Origin: an uncultured Alphaproteobacteria bacterium
GTDB taxonomy: Bacteria > Pseudomonadota > Alphaproteobacteria > Rhizobiales > Xanthobacteraceae
Direction: 5' to 3'
Assembly (NCBI GenBank): GCA_963777475.1
Contig: CAVZQX010000078.1
Span: forward strand, 23,006 to 87,005
Length of the DNA: 64,000 nt
The first letter of the stretch is position 1. Each line of letters starts with the position of its first letter. The notes beneath the pieces were generated by a model that was given only the letters and a program-made list of their open reading frames with translations, ran no database searches and was not told where the DNA came from. The position numbers and the translations under genes were made by a program. Positions 40,155 through 50,118 of this stretch are shown piece by piece.

Positions 40155-40209
40155 CGGCGGTTTCATCTTTGCTTGCCCGCATCGGACGCAGGTGCGGGCG
40201 ACGGCTGTT

Positions 40210-40401
40210 TTAGTTGAGCAGTCGCCGCTCATATCCGAGCAGCCGTTTCTTGATTTCGGCTACATTCGTCATGGCATCGGCAAGCGTCAACATCCTGAGC
40301 CGCTCGGGGCCATCTTTGATCCGCTTCGCGCGGGAGGCTTGCGCGTTGGCAAGCTGCTTGATTTCGTCCGGGCTCATGAGCGTGTTCAGGGAGCGAGGCA
40401 T
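40210..40401 (-). CDS. Hypothetical small protein (63 aa)
   Basis: ORF with helical/charged composition and coding-like GC3. No clear Shine-Dalgarno sequence. Confidence 0.35.
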   Translation of the reverse strand: MPRSLNTLMSPDEIKQLANAQASRAKRIKDGPERLRMLTLADAMTNVAEIKKRLLGYERRLLN

Positions 40402-40508
40402 GGCGTGACTTGATATTATGGCTATTCCTTCAAATCTTTCGGCGCTTGCAATGCTTCCGCGAAGATCGTTTGAGTTGAAATTTATGCACTCTTCCCTGGC
40501 GATCTGCG

Positions 40509-40522
40509 TTGACCCAGGTCAA
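40509..40522. promoter_or_regulatory. FNR/FixK-type box TTGAC-N4-GTCAA
   Basis: Perfect TTGACCCAGGTCAA palindrome in the 245-bp region between two divergent micro-ORFs. Confidence 0.45.
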
Positions 40523-40646
40523 GCGAAAGTTCCCGCGCGCGTGCCGCCGCCCTCGCACTTGTTGCGCAGCATCAATTCATTAACGCCGCGTAAGTGCTAT
40601 AAATCACCACATCGAGTGAATTGCCCTTCTCGCAAGGGAGCTGTCT

Positions 40647-40841
40647 ATGACCTTATCCAACGCGAATTCGGCGCCCGCCGAACTTCCGAAACAGAAACCG
40701 ATCGCCACCCATTGCGGGCCAATGCCGCAGCAGGGCAGCATGGGCGGTCATGGCCACGAGATGCATCCGCAGAAATTCGTGCAGCTGGTTGGTTGTCACG
40801 TCTCAACGGAGAAGCAGTCAGCCTCGCATCAGATGCACTGA
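40647..40841 (+). CDS. Hypothetical His/Met/Cys-containing small protein (64 aa)
   Basis: ATG lies 7 nt after AAGGGAG and GC3 is high. The sequence HCGPMPQQGSMGGHGHEMHPQ...GCH...HQMH suggests metal-binding side chains. Confidence 0.45.
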   Translation: MTLSNANSAPAELPKQKPIATHCGPMPQQGSMGGHGHEMHPQKFVQLVGCHVSTEKQSASHQMH

Positions 40842-40881
40842 AGCATGATCGGGATTCCAAGGACCGCGCTGGCGATCGCGG

Positions 40882-41250
40882 TCACGTCTTCTGTCTTGGC
40901 AGGTCAACGCGTTCTCTGGAAAATTCAGGCGGCCCCTCGATTAGCCTGCGGATGCGGCGCTCGCGCTCGTCCGATCCAAGCGAGGGGTCGAGCAGCAGGC
41001 TGATCTGCCGGATCGCCAATTCTTCGAGTTTGCTGGGAGCGGGCCGACTCGGGTCGTGCGAGGCTGCGTCCGGTGCGACGCTCAGGCCAAGCTCGACCAG
41101 TTGGCGGATCGCGTCGGACCGCCCGATCTGATGCGCTTCGGCCCAAGCGTCGATCTCGGCGGTAAGCTGTTGTGACAGTTTCACCGCACTGATCGCATCG
41201 CGACCGGCGCGAACCATGTGGTCGGAACCTGTTTTGCCAGACGACACCAT
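40882..41250 (-). CDS. Ribbon-helix-helix (CopG-like) domain protein
   Basis: AISAVKLSQQLTAEIDAWAEAHQIGRSDAIRQLVELGL fits a beta-strand plus two-helix RHH pattern. The start may be ATG 41217. Confidence 0.6.
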   Translation of the reverse strand: MVSSGKTGSDHMVRAGRDAISAVKLSQQLTAEIDAWAEAHQIGRSDAIRQLVELGLSVAPDAASHDPSRPAPSKLEELAIRQISLLLDPSLGSDERERRIRRLIEGPPEFSRERVDLPRQKT

Positions 41251-41393
41251 TGAGATATCTTAAGCGTTTTTCACCCATCGGGATTTGACGCTGATCAATG
41301 ACGGACGCGGAGCCAGCCAAAGTCCGCCCCCGATCTTGCCCGGCGGTTCCGTTGGAGGCACTATCCCGCGGCAAGCCTGGCCTGAGGTATTTC

Positions 41394-42110
41394 GTGCAAT
41401 TCATCAAGACGTTCCAGCTTCACGACTTCTTCGACACCCTGGTCAGCCTGTTCGTCGCGTTCGTGCTGGGAACGCTGATCGGCGCCGAACGCCAGTACCG
41501 GCAACGCAGCGCGGGCTTGCGGACCAACGTCCTGGTGTCGGTCGGCGCCGCCGCCTTCGTCGATCTCGCCAATCATCTCACCGGCGCCGATGGAAGCGTG
41601 CGGGTGATCTCCTATGTCGTGTCCGGCATCGGATTCTTGGGCGCTGGCGCGATCATGAAAGAGGGCATGAACGTCCGCGGTCTCAACACCGCGGCCACCT
41701 TGTGGGCGTCGGCCGCGGTGGGATCCTGCGCCGGCGCGGACATGGTGGCGCAATCCGTGGCGCTGACCGTATTCGTGCTGGCCGGAAACACGCTGTTGCG
41801 TCCGCTGGTGAATGCCATCGACCGCATCCCGCTGAACGTGCAGTCGTCGGAAGCGACCTACGAGATCGTCGTCACGACCGATGCCAAACACGCCGCCCAA
41901 GTGCGCGACTTTCTGAACGAGCGGCTGGAGGCAACCAACTACCCGCTCAGGGAGACCAAGGTCGTGTATCGTTCCACCGACAATGTCGAGATCGCGGCGA
42001 TGCTGGTGTCGCTTGCGGTCGAGGCGGAGGAGCTCGACGCGGTTGTCGCCGAGCTTTCGAAGCAACCTGGGGTCAGCTACGCCACCTGGCACGTCAGCGC
42101 GCTGGAATGA
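41394..42110 (+). CDS. MgtC/SapB family membrane protein
   Basis: [30 protein letters not shown] and [12 protein letters not shown] motifs, plus an ACT-like C-terminus. GTG 41394 (5 nt after GAGG) is preferred over ORF start 41298. Confidence 0.85.
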   Translation: MQFIKTFQLHDFFDTLVSLFVAFVLGTLIGAERQYRQRSAGLRTNVLVSVGAAAFVDLANHLTGADGSVRVISYVVSGIGFLGAGAIMKEGMNVRGLNTAATLWASAAVGSCAGADMVAQSVALTVFVLAGNTLLRPLVNAIDRIPLNVQSSEATYEIVVTTDAKHAAQVRDFLNERLEATNYPLRETKVVYRSTDNVEIAAMLVSLAVEAEELDAVVAELSKQPGVSYATWHVSALE

Positions 42111-42191
42111 TACGCTGCCAGCATTGGCACGCTACGACACGGCAAGCCTGCCCAAATCCTGCTCTAGCGCCGTGAGCGGATATCGATGGCG

Positions 42192-42989
42192 TCAACGTCG
42201 CGTGTAGATTTCATAGAAGGTGACCAGGATTTCGAACGCAATCAGGAACACCACGATAAGCTCCAGCCGCAAGGCGCGCTTGGTATCGACAATGTCGGAC
42301 AGCGTGGTCGCGGTATCCGATATCACCGCCAGTTTGCTGTTCAGGGTTTCCACGCGTTCGCTGAGCTCGTACTCGTCTTCCAGCCGGGCGTAGAGCCGCT
42401 CGAGATCGGGCCGGTCCCACAGCACGTCCGGCTTCTCTCCGACCGCGACACGGCCTGACACGCGATGTTGGACCAAAAGTGCGTTGCCGAGCAGTTTGAG
42501 CAGGTCGGTCCGGTTTCTTGAGGTTCTTCCAACGCGCGCAAGCTCTCTGGCGAACGGCTCGATGGTGTCGAACACGTTGGCGACCTGCCTTTCGTCGTGC
42601 GCCAGCACGACGCTCTTGGCGAGCGCGTCGGCGACGATCAAAAGCCGTTCCAGCGACATCTCCCGGACCAGAATCGGGCCGCCCGCGGGGATGGGTTCTT
42701 CGGCTTCCTTTGCGATCTCGACTTTCGCCCATTCTTCCTCGGGCGGAGCGATGGTGCCGAAGGTGCGCGGTCGCAGGAGCTCGAGGAAATCGGCTTCCTC
42801 CTTGGCCGTCAGGCCGATGAATACCACAACGCCATAGCGAAACACCACGGCCAATCCGCTTTCTCCGACCCGTACCGTGAGCGGCGCGCCGGAGAGGACC
42901 TGCCCTTCGAAGCCGGCCGTGTTGATGCGATCGCCGATCAGAAGCGCGTGCGCCGGGAGTTGCGGGGCGTTGGGATCTGGGTTCGTCAT
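42192..42989 (-). CDS. RMD1/DUF155 family protein
   Basis: 265-aa intact ORF with a C-terminal TM helix (LIVVFLIAFEILVTFYEIY) and DUF155-like core. Confidence 0.8.
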   Translation of the reverse strand: MTNPDPNAPQLPAHALLIGDRINTAGFEGQVLSGAPLTVRVGESGLAVVFRYGVVVFIGLTAKEEADFLELLRPRTFGTIAPPEEEWAKVEIAKEAEEPIPAGGPILVREMSLERLLIVADALAKSVVLAHDERQVANVFDTIEPFARELARVGRTSRNRTDLLKLLGNALLVQHRVSGRVAVGEKPDVLWDRPDLERLYARLEDEYELSERVETLNSKLAVISDTATTLSDIVDTKRALRLELIVVFLIAFEILVTFYEIYTRR

Positions 42990-43054
42990 CGGTTGCTTCT
43001 CGACGCGTTAGCGTCCCCGCGATGCGCCATCCCACGCCGCGTTCGGCTTGCTTT

Positions 43055-43492
43055 CTAGGCTGACTGAGAAATAAAGGCTTCCAGCCTGGTGGCAAAATAG
43101 ATCGGCGTCTCCTGCATCGGATAGTGCCCGGAATTGCTGATCTTCTCGATCTTCGCATGGGGGTAGAGCGCCGGATAGACGCTTCCGACAAGATCCTCGC
43201 TGACGCCATTGTCGAATTCGCCATATAGCACGAGCATTGGCGCTTTGACCTTGGCGGCACCGGCGGCGAAGTCGTCCTTGATGAAGGAGCGCATATAGCC
43301 CTTGAACGCCTCCCGGCTTGCAGTGTCGCGCGCTCGCCGCAGCATGGTTTCGAGCCACGGTTTGGAGAGACGGTTGCCGACTGAATCGCCGATCAGCGTC
43401 AATGCAACATTATCCTGTTCGCAGGCCGCGGCAAAGAATCCGAATACGGTATCGTCAAACGGCAAAGCGGAGGCCGGAACCGGCGTGACCGC
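43055..43492 (-). pseudogene. Alpha/beta hydrolase, C-terminal fragment (gene split by IS insertion)
   Basis: [16 protein letters not shown]...GEFDNGV...[10 protein letters not shown] (catalytic His region). The reading frame runs up to the IS boundary. Confidence 0.8.
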
Positions 43493-44814
43493 TAGCAGGA
43501 TGCTGAAAAAGTCGTTTTGCGAGGCGGTTGGAGTGTGATTTTGTGCATGTGCCTGATTCCTTTGATTTGAGGGACGCGATGCGCGGTGAAGATCAGCGAT
43601 CGGAAGTTCTTTTCAGCTACGTCCGCTTGGAGAGCCGCATCCCGACCGATCATCCGCTGCGCGCGATCCGTACGCTGATCGATGAGGCGCTGAACGGACT
43701 GTCGCGAGACTTCAACAAACTTTACGCGCGAGACGGACGGCCGTCGATCCCGCCAGAGCGGCTGTTGCGGGCGCTGCTGCTGCAGGCGTTCTACACGGTG
43801 CGCTCGGAACGGCAGTTGATGGAGCAACTCAACTACAATCTGTTGTTCCGGTGGTTCGTCGGGCTCTCGGCGGATGATCAGGTGTGGAATGCGACGGTCT
43901 TCTGCAAGAACCGGGACCGGCTGCTCGACGGCGATATCGCGGCCAAGTTCTTTGCGAGCGTGTTGAACCTGCCTCAAGTCCGCAAGCTGCTCTCCGGCGA
44001 GCACTTCTCGGTCGACGGCACCCTGATCGAGGCCTGGGCGAGCATGAAGAGCTTTGTGCCGAAGGACGGCGGCGATCCGCCATCGGGAAAAGATCATGGC
44101 AGCGGTGGGCGCAACGCCGAGCGCGACTTTCATGGCGAGAAACGCAAGAATGACACGCATTTCTCGACCACCGACCCCGACGCCCGCTTGTTCCGCAAAG
44201 GCGCCGGCAAGGAGGCCAAGCTCTGCCACATGGGGCATCTGATGATGGAGAACCGCAATGGCCTCATCGTCGATGCGCGCCTGACCGAGGCCAACGGCAC
44301 AGCGGAGCGCTCGACCGCGCTCGACATGATCGAGGACAATGCCAGGCCGGGCAGCACCGTGGGCGGCGACAAGAACTATGACACCGCCGACTTTGTCGCC
44401 GGCTGCCGTGAACGCGGCTGCACGCCGCATGTCTCGCAGAACAATGCCAACCGCCGCTCCGCGATCGACGCGCGCACGACCCGCCATCCCGGCTATCGCA
44501 TCAGCACGATCAAGCGCAAGCGGATCGAGGAACCCTTTGGCTGGATGAAGACCGTCGGCGGTCTGCGCAAGACCCGGCATCGTGGCCGCGGCTTGGTGGA
44601 ATGGTTCTTCGTCCTCACTGCTGCCGCCTACAATCTCATTCGCGTTCGCAAGCTGCTCGCCGCGACGGGATGAGTCCGTCTGGGGCGCCGAATATGAGGC
44701 AAAACCGCAGCCCATACCGCCCATGCAACGCGAATCGCGAACCATCACTCCGGTTTTTTCCCCGCAAACACCACGAAAATCGATCTCATAATCGAGATTT
44801 TCAGCACCCTGCTA
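43493..44814 (+). mobile_element. IS5-family insertion sequence (~1.32 kb)
   Basis: Terminal inverted repeats (TA)GCAGGATGCTGAAAA / TTTTCAGCACCCTGC(TA). CTA/TA is duplicated at both junctions. It has a single transposase ORF and interrupts a hydrolase gene, whose frame is restored on excision. Confidence 0.85.
43579..44673 (+). CDS. IS5-family DDE transposase (InsH-like N-terminal domain)
   Basis: [15 protein letters not shown]...IPTDHPLR...[19 protein letters not shown]...[10 protein letters not shown]...DKNYD...IEEPFGWMK are typical of IS5/IS1182-like transposases. Confidence 0.9.
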   Translation: MRGEDQRSEVLFSYVRLESRIPTDHPLRAIRTLIDEALNGLSRDFNKLYARDGRPSIPPERLLRALLLQAFYTVRSERQLMEQLNYNLLFRWFVGLSADDQVWNATVFCKNRDRLLDGDIAAKFFASVLNLPQVRKLLSGEHFSVDGTLIEAWASMKSFVPKDGGDPPSGKDHGSGGRNAERDFHGEKRKNDTHFSTTDPDARLFRKGAGKEAKLCHMGHLMMENRNGLIVDARLTEANGTAERSTALDMIEDNARPGSTVGGDKNYDTADFVAGCRERGCTPHVSQNNANRRSAIDARTTRHPGYRISTIKRKRIEEPFGWMKTVGGLRKTRHRGRGLVEWFFVLTAAAYNLIRVRKLLAATG

Positions 44815-45133
44815 AAACGGACCGTAGGCGCGGGCCGGCATCGATGGCGACCTTCTGCGCGGCCTTGCCTCCCATGGAATGGCCGACAACATGAAACTCC
44901 TGCCATCCAAGCCGATCGGCGAGCGCAATCGCATCTGACGCTACTTCGGCGATGTTGTACTCGCCGGGAATATTGCGCGAGTTGCCGTAGCCGCGGATAT
45001 CGAGGAAGGCATAGGTGTAACTGGCCGCATCGAGGCTGTCGAAAATCGGCGTGAACACCCGATGGTCCCAGAACCATCCGTGAATGACCAAGACCTTCGT
45101 GGGGCCGTTGCCTATCGTATGATGCCAAACCAT
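44815..45133 (-). pseudogene. Alpha/beta hydrolase, N-terminal fragment
   Basis: MVWHHTIGNGPTKVLVIHGW...HVVGHSMGG (nucleophile elbow)...IDAGPRLRSV, ending at the IS boundary. Confidence 0.8.
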
Positions 45134-45242
45134 TTTTTTCCCCAGACGCGTTCTGACCTGCCGGGCCATCGGCTTTGCAAACCTTGCAAAGCCTGCCGGC
45201 AATGCCAAGTCGCTTTCGCGCGGAATGTCCAATGCGGGCGGA

Positions 45243-45630
45243 CTAGTTTTTATCGGCGGCCGCGAAGACCTCCCTGCAGGCCGCGACACCGTTGATTGCG
45301 GCGGCAACGCCGACATAGGGCGCGAGCTGCATCATGATTTCGACGAGTTCTTCCCGCGTGACACCACAACGCAGGGCGCCGCCGATATGGGTCCGCAACT
45401 GAGGCGCCGCGCTTCCAAGCGTCGCCAGGGCCGCGACGGTGACGATCTGCCGCGTGCGCGAGTTCGAGCACGGGGCTTTGGTAGATTTCTCCGTAGATCG
45501 TCTCCAGCACATAGGTTGCGAGTTGCGGAGCCACGTCGCCGAGAGATCGTTCGACCTGATCCGGGGATTGCCCGAGGATCTCACCGATTTTTTGTGCGCC
45601 GCGTGCACGGCGTTGAGGGTCAGACTGCAT
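45243..45630 (-). pseudogene. Carboxymuconolactone decarboxylase family protein, one extra base near 45458
   Basis: MQSDPQ...YGEIYQSPVLEL (ORF 45250..45630) joins RTRQIVTVAALATLGSAAPQLRTHIGGALRCGVTREELVEIMMQLAPYVG (ORF 45243..45746 frame). Confidence 0.7.
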
Positions 45631-45765
45631 TGTGGCTTCCTTTCGCCGGTCGCGCTAAAATGAACTTGCAGCCGGTCTGGCCCCGCGCAAGGAATTTCCA
45701 ATTTGTAGGGCCGGCGTTCACGGGCGTCAACAAAGCCTGGAATCAAGTGGAGGCGAGGGGAAAAT

Positions 45766-46758
45766 ATGTTCAGTCGTCATTTTGGAATGTCCGCGCTTTA
45801 CTTGGGGCTTTGCTTGGGCGTCGCGATGATTGCGGCCGCAGGCACAGCCTCGGTCTCGGCGCAAACCTATCCCGCACAGCCGATCAAGCTCGTGATCGGC
45901 TTCGGGCCCGGCTCGGCCGCGGATATCCTGGCGCGACTTGTCGGCAAACAGATGGAGAGCAGTCTTGGCCAACCCGTCATCGTCGAAAACCGCCCGGGCA
46001 ACAGCAGCATGGTCGCAGCGGAAGCGGTGGCGCGGGCCCCGGCCGATGGTTACATGCTGTTCGTGGCGACGATCGCCAACACGCTCAATCCGGCGGAGAT
46101 GAAATCGAGTTTCAATCTTGGCAGCGATATGGCGCCCATCACGCTTCTCGGCACCGTTCCCAACGTGCTGGTGGCGCATCCATCGGTACCGGCCAATAAT
46201 CTGCAGGAGTTGATCGCGCTGGCGAAGCGCCAACCCGATTCCCTGACATTCGGCAATTCGGGATATGCAACGGCGAGCTACATGGCGGCCGAGCTGTTCA
46301 ACGCCAAGGCAGGCACCAAGATCCTGTCGGTTCCTTATCAGGGGGGAAGCAGCCAAGCCCTCTCGGACCTGCTCTCGGGCCGGATCACACTGATGTTCAA
46401 CGTGGCCGCAACGCTCGCTCCGCATATCGGGGCCGGCAAGCTGAAGGCTTTCGCCGTGGCGCAGTGGAAGCGTGCGTCGAGTTTGCCGGACGTTCCGACG
46501 CTCGCAGAAGCAGGAATGGAGGGTTTCGATGCGGGAATATGGATCGGACTTCTCGCTCCTTTGGGAACGCCGCCCGTAATCATCGACAAGCTTTCGCGCG
46601 CCGCCAATGATGCGCTGGGCACCGAACAGGTGCGCGCGGCGCTGAGGCAGCAGGGTACGGAGCCGGTGGGTGGTACGCCGAAGGAATTTGCCGACTTCAT
46701 CCGCGCCGATATCGAAAAATGGGTCGCGGTTCTGGCGTCGTCGAGCTCCACGAAGTGA
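45766..46758 (+). CDS. Bug-family (TctC-like) substrate-binding protein
   Basis: 330-aa intact ORF with a signal peptide and IKLVIGFGPGSAAD...VIVENRPGNSS. Confidence 0.9.
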   Translation: MFSRHFGMSALYLGLCLGVAMIAAAGTASVSAQTYPAQPIKLVIGFGPGSAADILARLVGKQMESSLGQPVIVENRPGNSSMVAAEAVARAPADGYMLFVATIANTLNPAEMKSSFNLGSDMAPITLLGTVPNVLVAHPSVPANNLQELIALAKRQPDSLTFGNSGYATASYMAAELFNAKAGTKILSVPYQGGSSQALSDLLSGRITLMFNVAATLAPHIGAGKLKAFAVAQWKRASSLPDVPTLAEAGMEGFDAGIWIGLLAPLGTPPVIIDKLSRAANDALGTEQVRAALRQQGTEPVGGTPKEFADFIRADIEKWVAVLASSSSTK

Positions 46759-46840
46759 GAGGCCGGACCCTGGTGCGAACCAAACTTCAAGCCCGGCCGT
46801 ATTTCGTTGATCGTTTGCAGACCCGGACCATCGAACATCC

Positions 46841-47998
46841 ATGACCCCATCCACGACCAGCGACTCATTCTACGGCGGCATTCCGGTGTTTCGCGGCTTC
46901 ACCAGCCTGATGGATCCGGCGCTGTATTCGCCGCTGCCGAACGACTGGACGGTCGGCGTTGCCGATATCGTGGAATCGACCAAGGCGATCGCGGCGCAGC
47001 GCTACAAGGCGGTCAACATGGCGGGCGCCGCGGTGATCGCCTCCATCACCAACGCGCTTGACGGCCGCGAGTTTCCGTTCGTGTTCGGCGGCGATGGCGC
47101 GAGCTTTGCGGTCGCGCCCGATGATCTCGCTGCCGCGCACGAGGCGCTCGCCGCTACCGCGACCTGGGTCAAGGAGGACCTCGATCTCATCATGCGGGTG
47201 GCGCTGGTGCCGATCGCCGCGATCCGCGCGCAGGGTCTCGACGTCCGCGTGGCGCGGTTCGGGCCGTCGGCAAATCTCTCCTACGCGATGTTCTCGGGTG
47301 GCGGGTTGGGCTGGGCGGAAGCGGCGATGAAACGCGGCGAGTTCGCCATCGTTGCTGCGCCGCCGGGGACGCAACCGGATCTGTCGGGGTTGTCGTGCCG
47401 GTTCGAGGAAATGCCGGCCGCGCGCGGTCTCATTCTCTCGGTGCTGGTAGTGCCCTCGCCGGGCGCCGATCCCAATTCCTTCCGCAAGGTGATCGAAGAT
47501 ATCATCGGCCTCGTCGAACGCAGCCCCGATGCGGGGCGGCCGGTGCCGCCGGGCGGCCCGCCGCTGCGCTGGCCGCCGCAGGGCGTCGACTACGAGGCGC
47601 GGGCGACGCGCGGCGGCTCGCTGGCGAAGCGGCGCGCCGCGGTGTTGGCGCACACGCTGTTCGCCTATGTCATCATGCGTTTCGGCATCAAGGTCGGCGG
47701 CTTCGTGCCGAAGACCTATGTACAGCAGGTGGTCGAGAATTCCGACTTCCGCAAATATGACGACGGGCTGCGGATGATCCTCGATTGCACGCAGGAGCTC
47801 GCGCGTGCGCTGACCGAGCGCCTGACGGCGGCCGCCTCACGCGGCATCGTGCGTTACGGGTTGCACCGGCAGGATGCGGCGATGATGACCTGCTTCACGC
47901 CGTCGGCGATGCGCAGCGATCATGTGCATTTCATCGACGGCGCGCGCGGCGGCTATGCCTCGGCTGCCACCGCGTTGAAGGCGATGGCGACGGCCTGA
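46841..47998 (+). CDS. DUF3095 family protein
   Basis: 385-aa intact ORF. FYGGIPVFRGFTSLMDPALYSPLPNDWTVGVADIVESTKAI...YKAVNMAGAAVI matches my recollection of the DUF3095 family. Confidence 0.7.
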   Translation: MTPSTTSDSFYGGIPVFRGFTSLMDPALYSPLPNDWTVGVADIVESTKAIAAQRYKAVNMAGAAVIASITNALDGREFPFVFGGDGASFAVAPDDLAAAHEALAATATWVKEDLDLIMRVALVPIAAIRAQGLDVRVARFGPSANLSYAMFSGGGLGWAEAAMKRGEFAIVAAPPGTQPDLSGLSCRFEEMPAARGLILSVLVVPSPGADPNSFRKVIEDIIGLVERSPDAGRPVPPGGPPLRWPPQGVDYEARATRGGSLAKRRAAVLAHTLFAYVIMRFGIKVGGFVPKTYVQQVVENSDFRKYDDGLRMILDCTQELARALTERLTAAASRGIVRYGLHRQDAAMMTCFTPSAMRSDHVHFIDGARGGYASAATALKAMATA

Positions 47999-48013
47999 AG
48001 CTGCGCGGCGGCG

Positions 48014-48457
48014 TTAGCGGCCGGCGCGGGTCCAGGTTTCGCCGCCGCACAGCATGCCGACGCAGCCCTCGACGCGCAGCGTATCCGGCCCCAATACCGA
48101 GACATTGCTCGCATACACGTTGCCGTCGTCGGCGTTGTAGATCTGGCCCGACCATTTGCCCGGAGCCGCGGGGCGCATGCCGGTGAACAGCGGCAGCCCG
48201 ATCATCGGGCGCCTGGCGAGCGCGGGATTCGGATTCTTGTCATCGATGGCGGGCTTTCCCGTCGCCGGATCGATCGGCTCTTTCAGCCAGACGATCACGC
48301 CGCAAATCCCGCCGCCGCATTTGCTGACCTTGACCTTGGCATCGCCGGCCTGGGTCAGCCAGATGCCCGTGGGTTCGCCATCGGCCTGCGCGAAGGCAGA
48401 CGGCGAGCCAATCAACGCCAGCAAGACGAGCGCGAGAAATCCAAATCTGCAAGCCAT
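48014..48457 (-). CDS. DUF2147 domain secreted protein
   Basis: Signal peptide MACRFGFLALVLLALIGSPSAFA, then GIWLTQ...VSKCGGGICGVIVW...GQIYNADDGNVY. Confidence 0.8.
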   Translation of the reverse strand: MACRFGFLALVLLALIGSPSAFAQADGEPTGIWLTQAGDAKVKVSKCGGGICGVIVWLKEPIDPATGKPAIDDKNPNPALARRPMIGLPLFTGMRPAAPGKWSGQIYNADDGNVYASNVSVLGPDTLRVEGCVGMLCGGETWTRAGR

Positions 48458-48574
48458 GAAGACCCCCAAAAAAGCAGGCTTGAATACCAGCAAATCAGAT
48501 TTGCGCAACGCCGGGGTTCGGCGTTTTTCGGGCATTATCACGGCCTTCTGATCTGTGCTGTTTTGTCCCAGCCA

Positions 48575-49099
48575 TTACCAGGGCAGGCCGCGGAGATCGA
48601 TCACACCGCGTCGGACCGCGCGCTTCAAGTCGAAGACATAAGGCGCGGTGGCCTCGAAGCGAATCCGCCCGCCCGGTTGTTCGGCGTAGATTTCGCCGTC
48701 GAACGGCGTCCAGCCGCGCGCGACGTAAAACGGCGCGTGGTGCGGCTCGCAAAACAGCAGCGCGAAATCGGTCGAGCCTTCGTCCTTCAAGGTCTGGATT
48801 GCGGCATTCAGCGCGACGCTGGCATAGCCGCGGCCCCTTCGATCCTCGCGGGTTGCGACCCCGCCGATACCTCCGCAGCGCATTTTTCGTCCGTTCCAGA
48901 CCAGATCGCGGCGAACGATGCCGACATGGCAGACGAGGCCATCCGGTTCGGAGACCAGCACGCGGAGGTCGGGATCGGCGAACACGAGATCGCCCCAGGG
49001 CAGCTTGGCCAGGACATCCGGCGGCCAGACCGCGTCAAGCAGCGGCTCCGCCTGTTTCCATGATGCGCTACCGTTCAGGACGTCGATTTCGATGCTCAT
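48575..49099 (-). CDS. GNAT family N-acetyltransferase
   Basis: An RRGRGYASVALNAAIQTL acetyl-CoA-binding-like motif. The start MSIEIDV is chosen inside ORF 48575..49120. Confidence 0.75.
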   Translation of the reverse strand: MSIEIDVLNGSASWKQAEPLLDAVWPPDVLAKLPWGDLVFADPDLRVLVSEPDGLVCHVGIVRRDLVWNGRKMRCGGIGGVATREDRRGRGYASVALNAAIQTLKDEGSTDFALLFCEPHHAPFYVARGWTPFDGEIYAEQPGGRIRFEATAPYVFDLKRAVRRGVIDLRGLPW

Positions 49100-49247
49100 T
49101 CGATGGGCCAGGTTTTGCAATGGGTCAAGTTTTTGGGGCCAAGTTTTTGGGACGATGTTTTGCCAATTTGCGGGTGTCTAACGCCGATGGAACCTTCTAT
49201 AAAGGGGCCCGTTAAGCCACGTCTCCCACAGTTGCGGACATCATCCC

Positions 49248-49847
49248 ATGACCTTTACGCTTCCCCCACTGCCTTACGCCTATGACGCCCTCGGCGCCTA
49301 TATGTCGAAGGAAACGCTGGAATATCACCACGACAAGCACCATCAGGCCTATGTCACCAACGGAAACAACGCGATCAAGGGGACCGAATTCGAGGGCAAG
49401 TCCCTTGAGGAGATCGTGAAGGGTTCGTTTGGCAAGAATGCTCCGGTCTTCAACAATGCCGGCCAGCATTACAACCACATCCATTTCTGGAAGTGGATGA
49501 AGCCCAATGGCGGCGGCAGCAAATTGCCCGGCGCCCTCGAAAAGAAGATCAACGAGGATCTCGGCGGCCTGGAGAAGTTCAAGACCGATTTCGCCGCCGC
49601 CGGCGTCGGCCAGTTCGGCTCCGGCTGGTGCTGGCTGCAGGTCAAGAACGGCAAGCTCGAAATCTCGAAGACTCCCAACGGCGAAAATCCGCTGGTGCAC
49701 GGCGCGACCCCGATCCTCGGCTGCGACGTCTGGGAGCACTCCTACTACATCGATTATCGCAATCGCCGTCCGGACTATCTGAAGGCGTTTGTCGATCATC
49801 TGGTGAACTGGGAGTATGTCGAGGAGCTGTTCTCGAAGGTGGCGTGA
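49248..49847 (+). CDS. sodB: Fe/Mn superoxide dismutase (Fe-type likely)
   Basis: 199 aa with LPYAYDAL, HHDKHHQAYV and DVWEHSYYIDYRN. Confidence 0.95.
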   Translation: MTFTLPPLPYAYDALGAYMSKETLEYHHDKHHQAYVTNGNNAIKGTEFEGKSLEEIVKGSFGKNAPVFNNAGQHYNHIHFWKWMKPNGGGSKLPGALEKKINEDLGGLEKFKTDFAAAGVGQFGSGWCWLQVKNGKLEISKTPNGENPLVHGATPILGCDVWEHSYYIDYRNRRPDYLKAFVDHLVNWEYVEELFSKVA

Positions 49848-49855
49848 TGCCTCTG

Positions 49856-49981
49856 TCATTCCGGGGCGATGCCAACGGGTCCGGCCTGTTGGCCGGCCCG
49901 ATGACAGGCTCCGCGTCGAACCTCGGGATTCCCCGATGCGCGGTTGCGCATCCGAGGTTCGCGTAGCGCGCCCCGGAATGA
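49856..49981. repeat. GTCAT-ended palindromic (MITE/REP-like) element
   Basis: Perfect 13-bp terminal inverted repeats TCATTCCGGGGCG / CGCCCCGGAATGA. It is inserted between the sodB stop codon and the terminator hairpin. Confidence 0.65.
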
Positions 49982-49996
49982 GGCCGAGACATTGCA

Positions 49997-50031
49997 GGGC
50001 GGTGGTCAAACGGCTGCCGCCCTTTTCGTTT
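49997..50031 (+). terminator. Probable intrinsic terminator of sodB
   Basis: GGGCGG ... CCGCCC stem followed by TTTTCGTTT. The loop is rather long (14 nt). Confidence 0.45.
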
Positions 50032-50118
50032 GCGACCAATGGTGCGATCCTTGCAGGCGCTGCAGGCTTGCGGCAAAACCACGGCGCCGGTGATTTCCTA
50101 ACAAGGGGCGGGAGAAGC

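Noticed and set aside
50040-50118. Fluoride (crcB-motif) riboswitch upstream of crcB
   Set aside because: - GGTGATTTCCTAAC loosely resembles the conserved CUGAUGAUUCCUAC 3' segment, and AAAACC precedes it.
- However, I cannot find the GGCGAUGG...CGCC P1 hairpin, or a 5' partner for the pseudoknot.
- It needs an Rfam RF01734 covariance search before any claim.
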